A stretch of 44,293 nucleotides of DNA from Promethearchaeota archaeon. Lineage in GTDB: Archaea; Asgardarchaeota; Lokiarchaeia; Sigyniarchaeales; SOKP01. The stretch covers positions 1 through 44,293 of the forward strand of contig JBHLNS010000028.1 of NCBI GenBank assembly GCA_048941285.1. Direction: 5' to 3'. The first letter of the stretch is position 1. The number at the start of each line of letters is the position of its first letter. This document shows positions 17,360 to 27,992 of this stretch, piece by piece. The position numbers and the translations under genes were made by a program. A model generated the notes under the pieces. The model ran no database searches and was not told the origin of the DNA. It saw only the letters and a list, made by a program, of their open reading frames with translations.

Positions 17360-20332
17360 TTGACAACCCAAGAACCCTTAGACTCCCAAGAACCATTAGA
17401 TACTGAGAAAATTGAAAGTTTAATTTTTAACGGATATAACGAAAAAGCAGCTGAAGAACTATTTGGAGTTATTGAGAATTATGAAAACCACTCTGATAAA
17501 GAACTAGTTTATAGATGCCTTAGTTTATTAAATCTAATTTGCGATAAATCTCCTTCAATTTCAATGAGAACGATAAAAAATATAAGTCAATTTATTAATG
17601 ATTCTGATTCCTGGATTAGATTAGTCTCATTAGAAATTTCATATCAGATAAGTTTGTTTAGACCCAATCTCTTAATTGAATTACTTGAAAAAATCCGAAA
17701 GCGTTTATATGACCATGACCCATCTGTTAGGAGATTGACTGTAAAAATCATAGGTAATTTGATTCTATCGTTATATATAGAGAAGAGTGAGTTATATGAA
17801 ATTATTGAAGAATACACTGAAAAACTAATGGATAATGATTGGAAAGTAAAATTGAATGTAATTAAAACAATTCAAAAAGTACTAAATCAGGATTACACTA
17901 AAATCAGAGATTTAGAACCTTTATTATCAATGGTAATTATTAATTTACGAGATGAAGATGATGATGTTGCTAGAGCGGCAGCAGAACTTTTGAAAATTCA
18001 TGGGACATATTTCTTATCAAAAGAGAAAATATTTTATGTATTATTAAATCTCTTATATAATGAGGATAATCGAGTTAAAGAACTCATTATTTGGCTTTTT
18101 GGAGAGATTGGTAAAGAAAAATCCTCCGAAATTATATCAATAATACCAAAATTGATTAATATCTTAAAAGAAAAAGATTATAGAATTCAATCAAAAATTA
18201 TTGAAGCACTAGTCAATATTGCGGAAAATAATTTTGATCAAATATGGGCAAATTTATTACATTCTTTATTAGATGCTAGTGATTCTAATTATAGAAATTC
18301 TTTAATAAATGCAATATTTCATTTAAGTCAAAAAAATATAAATAATATTTTTCCATATTTGTTTGAGGAATTAGAAAATCCTTCTGAAAATATTAGAGAT
18401 GGTATCGCATTAGTGTTTAAACGTTTATTTGAAGAATATCAGATTGAAATTGAAAATGAGATTACTAAGATAATTTATCAATTAGAATCACGATTTTGGC
18501 GAGAAAGAAAAAAAACTATCTCATTATTACAAAATATATGTTTCATTTTAGAAAGTAAAAAGATTGCGGTATGGATTACAATAGAGCTAAACCACGCATT
18601 AGTTGTTGAAAAAGATCCTCAGGTTAAAGATGAAGTAATTTTCACTTTAAAAAATATTAAATCAAATTTTCCTGATATTGATAATACAATTGAAAGGATT
18701 AATAATGAATTAACTATATTTGAGAAAAAAATTCTCGAATTTCAACGGATTCCTGCTCAGTTTAGAGAAAAATTAAATTCTTATATTCAAAATTTTAAGT
18801 TTAATGATACAGAAATTCAGTTAAATAGTAAATATAAGAAAATTCTAAAAAAAATCAAAAAATTTGATAATATTATTAAAAAATTTGATTACAAAAGGTT
18901 AGCATTCGAATTAATAGAAGATTGGGAAGAGACAAGAGTACAAATTATAGAAGAATTAAGTATAATTAAAGGTTTTATCTCAGAAATCTGTGAAGAGAAA
19001 AAATCCGAATTTGCTTCAAATTTACAACAAAAAATTGAAGTATTAAATAATCGAATTGATCTATTAAAAGCAGAATTTGAATATATTAAAGATAGAAAAT
19101 TCGAAATAAAAATTGATAACGAAGTCTCTGAAATTGAAAGTGTCTATAGCCGAGATGATAAACTTGGATTCATTACACAAATTAGAAAAAAGTTATTTAA
19201 ACTGGATGGCGATATTCGAGAATTGCTTATAGAAAATGTTGAATTTAACGAAATCTTTAAGAATCTTCTGCAAAAATGGGTTGCTACAAAAATAAATATC
19301 CAAGAATATTTGAATGACCTTGATCAGAAAATTAAATCAATGAAAGATAAATTAATTACTTATTTAACTCAGCCTGGTTTTATAACTGAAAGTGTAAAAA
19401 GCACCGAGATTAATGGAATTAGCAATGAATTAAGTTTTCAATTATTGCAAGGACATATTCAATCAATCATTACAGAAAGAATTGAAGGTATGAAAACATT
19501 TAACGAGGATTTTGAAAAATTAAATGATAAGTTGGATATATTAATAAAAAAAAATGAATATTTAGATGCAAAAAGATTAATAGAGATGAATTCAACCCAA
19601 GTTCAAAACTATATCGAGGATACAGAAAAGCAAATCGATTCAATTATCGGAAGAGAAAACGTGTTTAAAGATAATAATACATTTAATTTATATATAAGAC
19701 CTTACCTTAACAAAATTAATTCTTCAAAAGAATTATTAATAAATCGAACAAAAAATTTTGTTAGAAAATCTAATAATAAGGTATTTCTGAACCAGATTAA
19801 ATATTACCTTAAAATGATCAATCCGATTAAGCTAGATCTACTTGCTAATTATATTAAATTAGATAACGAACGATTAAAAGAATTAGTTCTCAAATTTATC
19901 AGTAAAAATAAGTTGAATGCCAAAATTATTAATGAAAAACTTTATTTCCAGCAAATTGAATCTGAGATACATGATTCAAAAGACATTCTCTTTTTTAAGA
20001 ATATAAAGACAATTGGTTCTGAGATTTACCTTAACTTCAAATTAAGTAATCCGACAAATTTTGATTTTAAAGATTTACAAATATCCTTAAAAATACCAAC
20101 TTATCTCAATTTTCAGAGAAAAGAAAGTTTTCCAAAATTCCTTCAAATTAACGACTTAAAACCTGGGAAGGTTTTTAAATTTAATTATGTACTAAAAGTA
20201 GATAAACAAAAGGAACTTAAGAAAAACCTTTTCGATCCGTCAGCTGATGAAATTAAGCTCGATTTACATTATAAGGATCAATTTGATATTGCTAGGAAAA
20301 CAACTAAACATATAGATTTGTTTATTCGATAA
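17360..20332 (+). CDS. Large HEAT-repeat protein with coiled coil, PCI-like winged helix and C-terminal beta-sandwich
   Basis: HEAT signatures DSDSWIR, DHDPSVR, DNDWKVK, DEDDDVA, NPSENIR; PIKLDLLAN...ISKNKLNAKII; C-terminal FKLSNPT...LKPG..F.Y. TTG start. Confidence 0.75.
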   Translation: MTTQEPLDSQEPLDTEKIESLIFNGYNEKAAEELFGVIENYENHSDKELVYRCLSLLNLICDKSPSISMRTIKNISQFINDSDSWIRLVSLEISYQISLFRPNLLIELLEKIRKRLYDHDPSVRRLTVKIIGNLILSLYIEKSELYEIIEEYTEKLMDNDWKVKLNVIKTIQKVLNQDYTKIRDLEPLLSMVIINLRDEDDDVARAAAELLKIHGTYFLSKEKIFYVLLNLLYNEDNRVKELIIWLFGEIGKEKSSEIISIIPKLINILKEKDYRIQSKIIEALVNIAENNFDQIWANLLHSLLDASDSNYRNSLINAIFHLSQKNINNIFPYLFEELENPSENIRDGIALVFKRLFEEYQIEIENEITKIIYQLESRFWRERKKTISLLQNICFILESKKIAVWITIELNHALVVEKDPQVKDEVIFTLKNIKSNFPDIDNTIERINNELTIFEKKILEFQRIPAQFREKLNSYIQNFKFNDTEIQLNSKYKKILKKIKKFDNIIKKFDYKRLAFELIEDWEETRVQIIEELSIIKGFISEICEEKKSEFASNLQQKIEVLNNRIDLLKAEFEYIKDRKFEIKIDNEVSEIESVYSRDDKLGFITQIRKKLFKLDGDIRELLIENVEFNEIFKNLLQKWVATKINIQEYLNDLDQKIKSMKDKLITYLTQPGFITESVKSTEINGISNELSFQLLQGHIQSIITERIEGMKTFNEDFEKLNDKLDILIKKNEYLDAKRLIEMNSTQVQNYIEDTEKQIDSIIGRENVFKDNNTFNLYIRPYLNKINSSKELLINRTKNFVRKSNNKVFLNQIKYYLKMINPIKLDLLANYIKLDNERLKELVLKFISKNKLNAKIINEKLYFQQIESEIHDSKDILFFKNIKTIGSEIYLNFKLSNPTNFDFKDLQISLKIPTYLNFQRKESFPKFLQINDLKPGKVFKFNYVLKVDKQKELKKNLFDPSADEIKLDLHYKDQFDIARKTTKHIDLFIR

Positions 20333-20519
20333 AATTAGGCGAATATATCAAGAAAATTGATAATATTTTTCTAATTATAAGATTTTTGTCCAATTTATTT
20401 ATAAAACGATCTCATTTATTAGAAATATAAATAACTTATATGGAAAAAATTAATATATTCATCTATTCTATCTTAGAATACTGGTATAATTAATACGAAT
20501 TTATAGAATGAGGTGAATA

Positions 20520-21554
20520 ATGCAAGAATTAGAAAGTTATCGATTGACACTGCAAACGAAACTTTTTGGATGAAACTGCAAATTATCAGCGAATAAATTA
20601 GAAAAACTTTTGACTAATGTGGGGCTAAAAGCTGATATTGAAGATTCTGCTCTTATTCCCGTGCCAAACACTAATCTTTTCATGGCTAAAAATATAGACA
20701 TATTTACTCCTATTATTGACGAACCTGAGATTCAGGGAGAGATAGCTGCTGCTAACGTTACAAATGATGTATTTGCTCTAAATGTCCCAGAAATATCTGG
20801 TATGCTTGTTTTTCTGGGATTAAAAAAAAATATGCCTATGTACGTCGCTGAAGGAATATTAATTGGAATCAAAAACTTCATGGAGAACAAGATACATTCT
20901 AAAATACTGGGAGGTCATACAATTTATTCAGAATGGCCTTTAATAGGTGGAGAAGCTTCTGGATTCGTAGAAAAAGACAAAATTATTAAAAAAAATTTTG
21001 TTAAAAAGGGTGATAAACTAATACTCACGAAACCTATTGGAAATCAAGCTATAATGGCAGCATACCGGCTTCAGAAGAACAATCCTGACCTTTTAGAGAA
21101 TTATACTACAAGTGAAATAGACAGTTCTATTGATTTAGCGGTAGAATTAATGATTATGCCTCTTCAAGACGTCGTAAAAACAATCCATAGCTATGAAGAT
21201 CTATCTTTTATCCATTCTATGACAGATGTTAGTGGTTTTGGACTCGCAGGACACTTAAAAGAAATGTTACAGAATTCAGATCTCTCAGCTGTAATTGAGA
21301 AAATCCCTAGCATCAAACTTACAAGCGACTTAGCTTATGAATTTGGCTATAAATACGATAAGTGCGAAATGCCTGAAACTGCTGGCGGGATGCTTTTATC
21401 CGTTGATCATACTTATGCTGAAGAATTTTCACAGCGACTTTACAATGAATATAATGTAAAAAATTGGATCATAGGCAAAATCGATAACATAAATAAACCA
21501 AAACATGTTCGCGTTTCTAATAATGTAGAACATGTTGAAGTATCAAATCTTTAA
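20520..21554 (+). CDS. selD: Selenophosphate synthetase, selenocysteine-containing (copy 1)
   Basis: SD GAGGTGA then ATG 20520: MQELESYRLTLQTKLFG-UGA(20571-20573)-NCK, in frame with the track ORF 20610. DIFTP, GGHT, LTKPIG, TDVSGFGLAGH, ETAGG. Confidence 0.93.
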
Positions 21555-21555
21555 T

Positions 21556-21625
21556 GATGTCTATGAAATAAGCGAAAACACACTATCGTGGAAGCTTATT
21601 GAGAATACTGTTGCAAGACAGCATC
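21556..21625 (+). ncRNA. Eukaryote-type SECIS element (3' UTR of selD copy 1)
   Basis: GATGTCT-ATGA-AATAAGC-GAAAA-CAC..GTG-GAA-GCTTATT-GA: AUGA/GA core, helix II, apical As and mini-stem. Confidence 0.88.
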
Positions 21626-21836
21626 GAAAAATATTGGAAGTTTTTATAAATTACTTCATTTTTTTTATTGTAAACTTATTTTCTATTAAAAAATTAGTTT
21701 CATTTTGACTTATTTTAACTATCGAGAGGATCGATAAATAACATCGAAAAGATTAATTAATAACAATTATAATTGTAAAATATAATATAGTCAAAATCTT
21801 AATTGAATTAAATAAATCTATAAATGTGAGGTGAAA

Positions 21837-22862
21837 ATGGAAAAATCGGAATATAGGTTAACCAAAGATGTAAAGATACACGGATGAAGCTGTAAACTCG
21901 GACAAAACGATTTAAATGATTTATTAACCAAGGTGGGATTAATGGGAAATATCGAAGATGCTGCTATAATCCCAATTCCTAACAGTGATTTGGTTCTTGT
22001 CAAGAATATCGATGTTTTTACACCTATTATTGATGAGCCAGAGTTAGCAGGGGAAATCGCTGCTTGTAATGTTACTAATGACATTTTTGCAATGAATGTG
22101 CCTGAGGTATCAGGGATGCTTGTGTTTTTAGCAATAAGCACAAGAACTCCAATGAAAGTCGCTGAAGGAATTTTAAGGGGAATAAAATACTTTTTGGAGA
22201 AAAAAGTCAACTCCAAAGTTGTTGGTGGGCATACCATATATTCAGAATGGCCATTAATAGGTGGTGAAGCTTCTGGATATGTACATAAAGATAAAATTAT
22301 TAATAAACAAGGTGTCAAAAAGGGAGATAAGTTAATTTTAACCAAACCAATTGGACTGCAAGCAATCATGGCAGCATATAGGATTCTTAAAGATTTTCCA
22401 GAAATGCTCGAACAATATTCGAAAGAAGAACTCTATAATTCAATAGATCTTGCCGTAAAAATTATGACGACTCCTAATCAGAATGTTGCTAAAACCATTC
22501 ATTCCTACGAAGATTTTTCATTTGTTCATGCTTTAAGTGATATTACTGGATTTGGTTTAGCAGGTCATATTGCTGAAATGCTACAGAATTCAAATCTTTC
22601 AGCAATAATAGAAACTGTTCCCTCAATAAAATATTCTGAACAACTATCTCACGAGTTAGGTTATGCTTTTGATGAATGCAAATGTCATGAAACTGCTGGG
22701 GGTATGATAATTGCAGTTGATCCCTCTAGAGTAGAAGATTTCACAACTAGTCTCACTGCTAATAAAATTTCTAATTGGATCGTGGGAAAAATAGATAAGG
22801 TTCAGCCGGGTTTAGTTAGAATTTCAGAAAATGTTCAAAACATTGAAGTTACAAAAATTTAA
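21837..22862 (+). CDS. selD: Selenophosphate synthetase, selenocysteine-containing (copy 2)
   Basis: SD GAGGTGA then ATG 21837: MEKSEYRLTKDVKIHG-UGA(21885-21887)-SCK, in frame with the track ORF 21933; same SelD motifs. Confidence 0.93.
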
Positions 22863-22863
22863 A

Positions 22864-22934
22864 GATGTCTATGAAGTAAGCTAAAACACTTAATAGTGGG
22901 GGCTTATTGAGAATTCCACTTGCATGGTGGCATC
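22864..22934 (+). ncRNA. Eukaryote-type SECIS element (3' UTR of selD copy 2)
   Basis: GATGTCT-ATGA-AGTAAGC-TAAAA-CACT-TAAT-AGTG-GGG-GCTTATT-GA; same fold as the copy 1 SECIS. Confidence 0.88.
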
Positions 22935-22965
22935 TAATTTAAAAACAATTTAACCTAAGAAGATG

Positions 22966-23313
22966 TTAAAATTTTATATAATTAATGAAATCATCAAACC
23001 ATTTGTATTTATTATCTTTCTTTTTTTTTGGCATACGTGCAAAAAATTCAATATGCTTATAATTCCTATTATTTGTAATAAATTCTATGAACTTATTAGT
23101 AAATTTCTCAATTTTAGGTATCGGAGAGGCTAAATATATAAATGATATTTCTTCATATTGCTCTTTTATAATTTCTTTAGCTTTAGAAATATTATCACAT
23201 ACAATTGTATCTATTGAGTCAGTTTCTAAAGAGGATAAAATTGATTTTATTTCATTTGAACTGATTGGAGGATCTTTTTCATTTCTGATTACGATCCCTA
23301 TTTTATCAATCAT
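22966..23313 (-). CDS. Hypothetical protein
   Basis: 115-aa ORF co-oriented with the cinA-like gene; no motif recognised. Confidence 0.5.
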   Translation of the reverse strand: MIDKIGIVIRNEKDPPISSNEIKSILSSLETDSIDTIVCDNISKAKEIIKEQYEEISFIYLASPIPKIEKFTNKFIEFITNNRNYKHIEFFARMPKKKKDNKYKWFDDFINYIKF

Positions 23314-23346
23314 AAATAAATTAATACATTTTTTAGAATATATTTT

Positions 23347-24135
23347 TTAATCTTTAATTTTTCCTTTTAAATTGAGTACAATTTCTCTAATTTCCTCCAA
23401 TACTTTCTGTGCTAACTCTTCGCCATGTTCCAGATTAAAGGCAGTTATTGAAACCTCAACTTCAACTGAAAGGCCAACTCTGGGATGAGTTTTAATCCAT
23501 AATTGAGGATATTTATTCTCCAATTTAGTTATATAAGGAGCGATTTGAGATTCCCCAATTCCCATAAAAGTGAAGCCTTTCTCGACGAAAACACCTTGTT
23601 TTTCTTTTAACAATGGTATTATTATATTTCTAAACATTGCTTTCATCTCTGCTGGAACTCCCGGTAATATAAAAATAATTGTATTTCCTTCGAGAATTTT
23701 AACTCCCGGAGCAGTACCTACCGTGTTAGTTAAGGGAGTGGAACCTTGTGGTAAAAATGCCATCTTCTCTCTTTCTTTTGTCATACCTTCAAGCTTCAAA
23801 AGGCCTTTATGATATGCTCGTTCATATGTTTTTTTAATTGATTTATATGCTTTTTCATTTAATATTAATTCACGTCCTAACCCTTTAGTAATACCTTCCA
23901 ATGTCATATCGTCAAAAGTAGGACCAATGCCTCCAGAAGTTATAATTATATCAGGTTTACGGTCTAAAATTGTTTTAAAGGTATTAGAGATCGTGTATAG
24001 CTCATCACCTATTGTTGTTATTCTTTTAACTTGGTGTCCAAATTTTGTGATTCTTTTTGCCATCCAAGTAGAATTTGTATCTTGTGTCTTTCCAATAAGT
24101 ATTTCGTTACCAATCATTAAGAGTTCAACAATCAT
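23347..24135 (-). CDS. cinA: CinA-like molybdopterin-binding-domain protein
   Basis: IGNEILIGKTQDTN, SGGIGPTFDDMT, GTAPG, LPGVPAEM. Confidence 0.85.
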   Translation of the reverse strand: MIVELLMIGNEILIGKTQDTNSTWMAKRITKFGHQVKRITTIGDELYTISNTFKTILDRKPDIIITSGGIGPTFDDMTLEGITKGLGRELILNEKAYKSIKKTYERAYHKGLLKLEGMTKEREKMAFLPQGSTPLTNTVGTAPGVKILEGNTIIFILPGVPAEMKAMFRNIIIPLLKEKQGVFVEKGFTFMGIGESQIAPYITKLENKYPQLWIKTHPRVGLSVEVEVSITAFNLEHGEELAQKVLEEIREIVLNLKGKIKD

Positions 24136-24227
24136 GAGAAAATCTCATAAAAAAACTTGCTATAATTAATAGTATAAAACTTGATATTTTTTAATTAATT
24201 TACTCAATTGCTAGTAGAATAAATAAT

Positions 24228-24809
24228 GTGTCACTAAGAAGAATGACGATTGAAATTGATGACGCTGGTACCGGAGATCTTGTAGGAGATGCATTTATTG
24301 GCCTCTTGAGGAAAGAAACTGGAGAATTAATTTTTAAGAGATTACCCCTTGAACTTTTTCAAGGCGAAAACTGGAAAAAAAAGAAGTATTTGAAGGTAAG
24401 CGCCGAACTTGTGCGGGAGGGCCTTAAAGCGTTAAATTTCCAAAATCAAACCGAAAAAGTAGAACTTTGTAGAGGCAATATTTTTGATGAAGTAAGGAAT
24501 TACTTTATAGAAGAGGGAATAAATTATGAAGACGCGATTGTTGAGGGAAAGCTACAGGATGCTGTAGAGGGAAAATTAATTGAACATCTTCGAAATGATA
24601 TAGGCGTAAGGTCAAAGCAATTAACACTGAAAAGTGGCGCTAAACGTTTTTTCGTTTTATTTAATTGGGTTTGCTATGATTTTTTTAAAAGAGAGAAATA
24701 TGTAAAATCAGGATTTAAAAAATGGAATACAGTATGGCGCGATCGAGCAATAGAAAGATATAATAAGATAAAATCTAAAAATAAAAAAAGTTCTTATTCT
24801 TTAAATTAA
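24228..24809 (+). CDS. Hypothetical protein with an RNase HII/HIII-like N-terminal motif
   Basis: IEIDDAGTGDLVG resembles DExGxGD; later CRGNIF. Confidence 0.55.
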   Translation: MSLRRMTIEIDDAGTGDLVGDAFIGLLRKETGELIFKRLPLELFQGENWKKKKYLKVSAELVREGLKALNFQNQTEKVELCRGNIFDEVRNYFIEEGINYEDAIVEGKLQDAVEGKLIEHLRNDIGVRSKQLTLKSGAKRFFVLFNWVCYDFFKREKYVKSGFKKWNTVWRDRAIERYNKIKSKNKKSSYSLN

Positions 24810-24860
24810 TTTTATTTTTTTGATTTTACTGCTAGCAATAAATTTCTAATAAAGAAAATC

Positions 24861-25550
24861 TTAATCCAAATTCGTTCCACAATTCTTACATACTTTGTCT
24901 TTAATCAAGTTCTTATCATATCCACAAGCAAAACATATTTTAGTTTTTCCATCTTTAGGGTGTTCAAAATCTGCTCTATCTGGTTTTTCTGAATCTACTT
25001 CTGAAGTTCCTTGTTTCTTTGCTTTAAAAAACTCACTATCAAAAGCTTTGTCAAATTGTTTTTTTACAAAATCTTTATCATGGGGGGTAATTATTTCAAA
25101 ATCTTCTGACGTTTCAATTTCTTTAAAGCCTATAGGTAAATTTTTAAGATCAGAATTTTCAATAACTTTCGTATTTCTCTTTGTATTTGATTTTAAAGTT
25201 TTTACTTCACTTCTTTCTGGATAACGAAGATCTTCACGCTCACCTTGATTAGTTTCCATTGAATCTTCTACATCTGAAAATTCATCCAGAGATTCAACAT
25301 TTTCCACATATAATTCTTCTTCTAGCTGACCTGCTTTTAAGCGTCTTACATGTTCAAAGATTCCTTTTATTCGATTCATAAGCATGTTCCTAAAAGATGC
25401 ATCTAGTTTAGTATTTTTCGATAGACTAATTGCCATCTCAGAAACTTCTAACCATAGTTTGATAGCTAGTTTTATATCTCCACTTTTTTCATATCTTTTC
25501 GCTGTTGCTATCCTAATTGCTAGCTCTTTATTAAATTGTGTAATGTCCAT
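24861..25550 (-). CDS. MIT-like helical domain, acidic linker and C-terminal zinc ribbon
   Basis: TAKRYEKSGDIKLAIKLW; CFACG...CKNCG; start moved to MDITQF. Confidence 0.6.
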   Translation of the reverse strand: MDITQFNKELAIRIATAKRYEKSGDIKLAIKLWLEVSEMAISLSKNTKLDASFRNMLMNRIKGIFEHVRRLKAGQLEEELYVENVESLDEFSDVEDSMETNQGEREDLRYPERSEVKTLKSNTKRNTKVIENSDLKNLPIGFKEIETSEDFEIITPHDKDFVKKQFDKAFDSEFFKAKKQGTSEVDSEKPDRADFEHPKDGKTKICFACGYDKNLIKDKVCKNCGTNLD

Positions 25551-25714
25551 AATGGAATCTTTTTTTACTTCTTTTAAATACAATGTTTACAAATAAATTC
25601 TAATATAAAATCTTTATTCGAATCTTAATACAAAATTTAATATTTAAAATCACTATTAGTTATATAAGAGTAGATAATATCTCTGAGAACATTAACTACT
25701 TAAAAGCAATAGCC

Positions 25715-27604
25715 ATGTCAATTAACCCTTTTTCCTCGAATGAGATAAGTAATTTAAGAGAACTTATGGAAAAAAATGGATGGAGATTAGAAAGTACAAT
25801 TGAAAACTATTTTCGATATAGCATTAAAAAGAAGAAATTAATTCTTTTCACAACTAAGTTCCCAATAACCTTTCCTATAAGAATCAATATTCCTTTTGAA
25901 GCCGCAAATTTTCGTCTTTCTTTAGCTTTTCAATTTTGGAATTTAAATCAAGAAATTTTTATTCTCATATTATATCTGATGAAAGCCCTTAGGAGTTTAG
26001 CATTATCATTGAGTTTAGATCATAATTTCCAATTAGAAGGAAAAAAGCAACAACTTGGAGATTTATTAAATTTAGTAATTCCTGAAGTTATTAAAAATGA
26101 AAATGAACGTACATGGTTAAATCGCATAAGAATTTCACTAATGAATAAAAGAGATAAATTAAAAGACTACTCTGATGAACAGTTAAACAGACTAATAGGT
26201 TCACTTGAAAATCTTGGATTAAAACCAAGTTTTAAAATACCATGGGATTTAAAGTATGGAATTCCCAAAATCAGAACCTCTGAAACACTTTTTTTTTCAA
26301 ATCATGGAAAATATGATGAATTTTTCATTTTAGAGAAAGGTTATTTTACATATTTCAAAGATATTGAGTATAATAAATTTTATCTAAGAAGCTTTTTCGA
26401 AACTTATACTCCTTATCTACTAAATGAATTATTTAATGATAATCCAGATTTTAAATTAGAAGTATTTGTAGAAAATTGGATTAAATTTTCTCGTCAAATA
26501 TTAATTTCCTTAATAGAAATTCTAAATTCAAAACAACTCAATCTATCTGAACTTATTCAATTTCGCCCAGAAAAAGAACTTTTATATAACACACATAATT
26601 TCATCGAGGAACAAAATAATTTTCCTTTTTCTGCTTTAAATTATGAAAGTTCTATAACAAAAGAACTATTTTTTACTGATCTGGAGCATTTTAATAATCC
26701 TCCAACTAACTTTGAAGTAATAGAATCTATAAATAAATACAAAGAAGCCGAAGAATTGATAAAAAATTATAGATTTGAAGAAGCAGCTAAGCTTCTTAAT
26801 CAACTATTAATTGTATTTAATAAAAATCAGCAAAAAAAAGTAATTATATTTGTCTTGCAAAAATTAACAAAAATCGCAACACTCTTAAATCAATATGATA
26901 CTGCGATTAATTATTTACAGAACGCTTTAGGTTTAGCAAAATCTGGAGAAATCCCTATAGATTTGATTATAAATGTCCATTATAAATTAGGAGTAATCTA
27001 TTATAAGAAGAAATATTTTGAAAAAGCATCTAATCATTTCAATGTTATAATAAATTTTTTAGAAAAAGAGGAAATTTCTTTTAATAAAGAGAAACTCATA
27101 GGTCTTGCTAATCTATATATTGGTTTAATTTTCTTGGAACAAAATAAAATTGATGAATCCAAAATCTATTTTAAGAATGCTTTTCTTATTGGAAATGACC
27201 ATTTGAAAGTAAAGGTAAAATATTTTCTACTTCGTGGCACTTATTATAAAGATCAAGGTAATTTATCTCTTGCTCAAAAATTTCTTAAAGGAGGAGTAGA
27301 AAATGTTGGTTTGGATTTTAATAATGAAGAAATTATTAAACCTTTAACAGAATTAATTCTTGAGTTATCTGAATTCTATATCCATTACAAGAAGGATGGA
27401 AAGAAAGCATATAACTTATTAAAGAATCTCGAACAACAAATAAGATTAAAGGAAATTAGTAATATGAAGAGAGCAGTGCGCTGGAATCTCTTAATGAGTG
27501 ATTACTATATTACGTTTGAAATTGACCGTGAAAAATCTCAATTTTATTTAAAACAAGGGCAAAAGATAAAAAATCAACTTCAAACAATAGGATTAGTAGA
27601 TTAA
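25715..27604 (+). CDS. Protein with C-terminal TPR repeats
   Basis: AINYLQNAL, HYKLGVIYY, LYIGLIFL..SKIYFKNA TPR units. Confidence 0.7.
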   Translation: MSINPFSSNEISNLRELMEKNGWRLESTIENYFRYSIKKKKLILFTTKFPITFPIRINIPFEAANFRLSLAFQFWNLNQEIFILILYLMKALRSLALSLSLDHNFQLEGKKQQLGDLLNLVIPEVIKNENERTWLNRIRISLMNKRDKLKDYSDEQLNRLIGSLENLGLKPSFKIPWDLKYGIPKIRTSETLFFSNHGKYDEFFILEKGYFTYFKDIEYNKFYLRSFFETYTPYLLNELFNDNPDFKLEVFVENWIKFSRQILISLIEILNSKQLNLSELIQFRPEKELLYNTHNFIEEQNNFPFSALNYESSITKELFFTDLEHFNNPPTNFEVIESINKYKEAEELIKNYRFEEAAKLLNQLLIVFNKNQQKKVIIFVLQKLTKIATLLNQYDTAINYLQNALGLAKSGEIPIDLIINVHYKLGVIYYKKKYFEKASNHFNVIINFLEKEEISFNKEKLIGLANLYIGLIFLEQNKIDESKIYFKNAFLIGNDHLKVKVKYFLLRGTYYKDQGNLSLAQKFLKGGVENVGLDFNNEEIIKPLTELILELSEFYIHYKKDGKKAYNLLKNLEQQIRLKEISNMKRAVRWNLLMSDYYITFEIDREKSQFYLKQGQKIKNQLQTIGLVD

Positions 27605-27619
27605 AATAGCAGTATTTTC

Positions 27620-27826
27620 TTATCTTCTTGAAAATTGAGACCTTTTAGCCCCAAGACTATCTTTTTGACCCCCAAACTTGCTTTTTACAATTCTTTCTAA
27701 GTAGAGTTCTCGAAATCGCATTCTTGGAGGTTTTTTCTTGCTACTATTTACTCCTGTCCGTTCAATTTTCGGAGTTTGCATCTTTACTTTTCCAGCTTTG
27801 GTTAATGAACCATGTGAACCAGGCAT
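27620..27826 (-). CDS. rps30e: 30S ribosomal protein S30e
   Basis: HGSLTKAGKVKMQTPK, PPRMRFR..Y..R. Confidence 0.93.
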   Translation of the reverse strand: MPGSHGSLTKAGKVKMQTPKIERTGVNSSKKKPPRMRFRELYLERIVKSKFGGQKDSLGAKRSQFSRR

Positions 27827-27992
27827 TCTTGATTTATCTACTCGAATTTTTAATTATAATATGATTATATAAATAATTTCAAACTCTTAAATTTTATTAT
27901 CTTTAACTAACCTTAAATATCGGACTCCAATTTTTTATTAAATTTAATCATTATCTATTTAAATAAATATAATTCTAATTCAAGGTATAACC

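Noticed and set aside
21720-21736. Palindrome TATCGA-N5-TCGATA upstream of selD copy 2
   Set aside because: Only 6-bp arms, with no counterpart upstream of copy 1; could be chance.
20571-21887. selD genes as nonsense pseudogenes, or starting at the track's TTG/GTG
   Set aside because: Both TGAs occupy the catalytic Cys/Sec position, have SD and ATG upstream, and a SECIS downstream.
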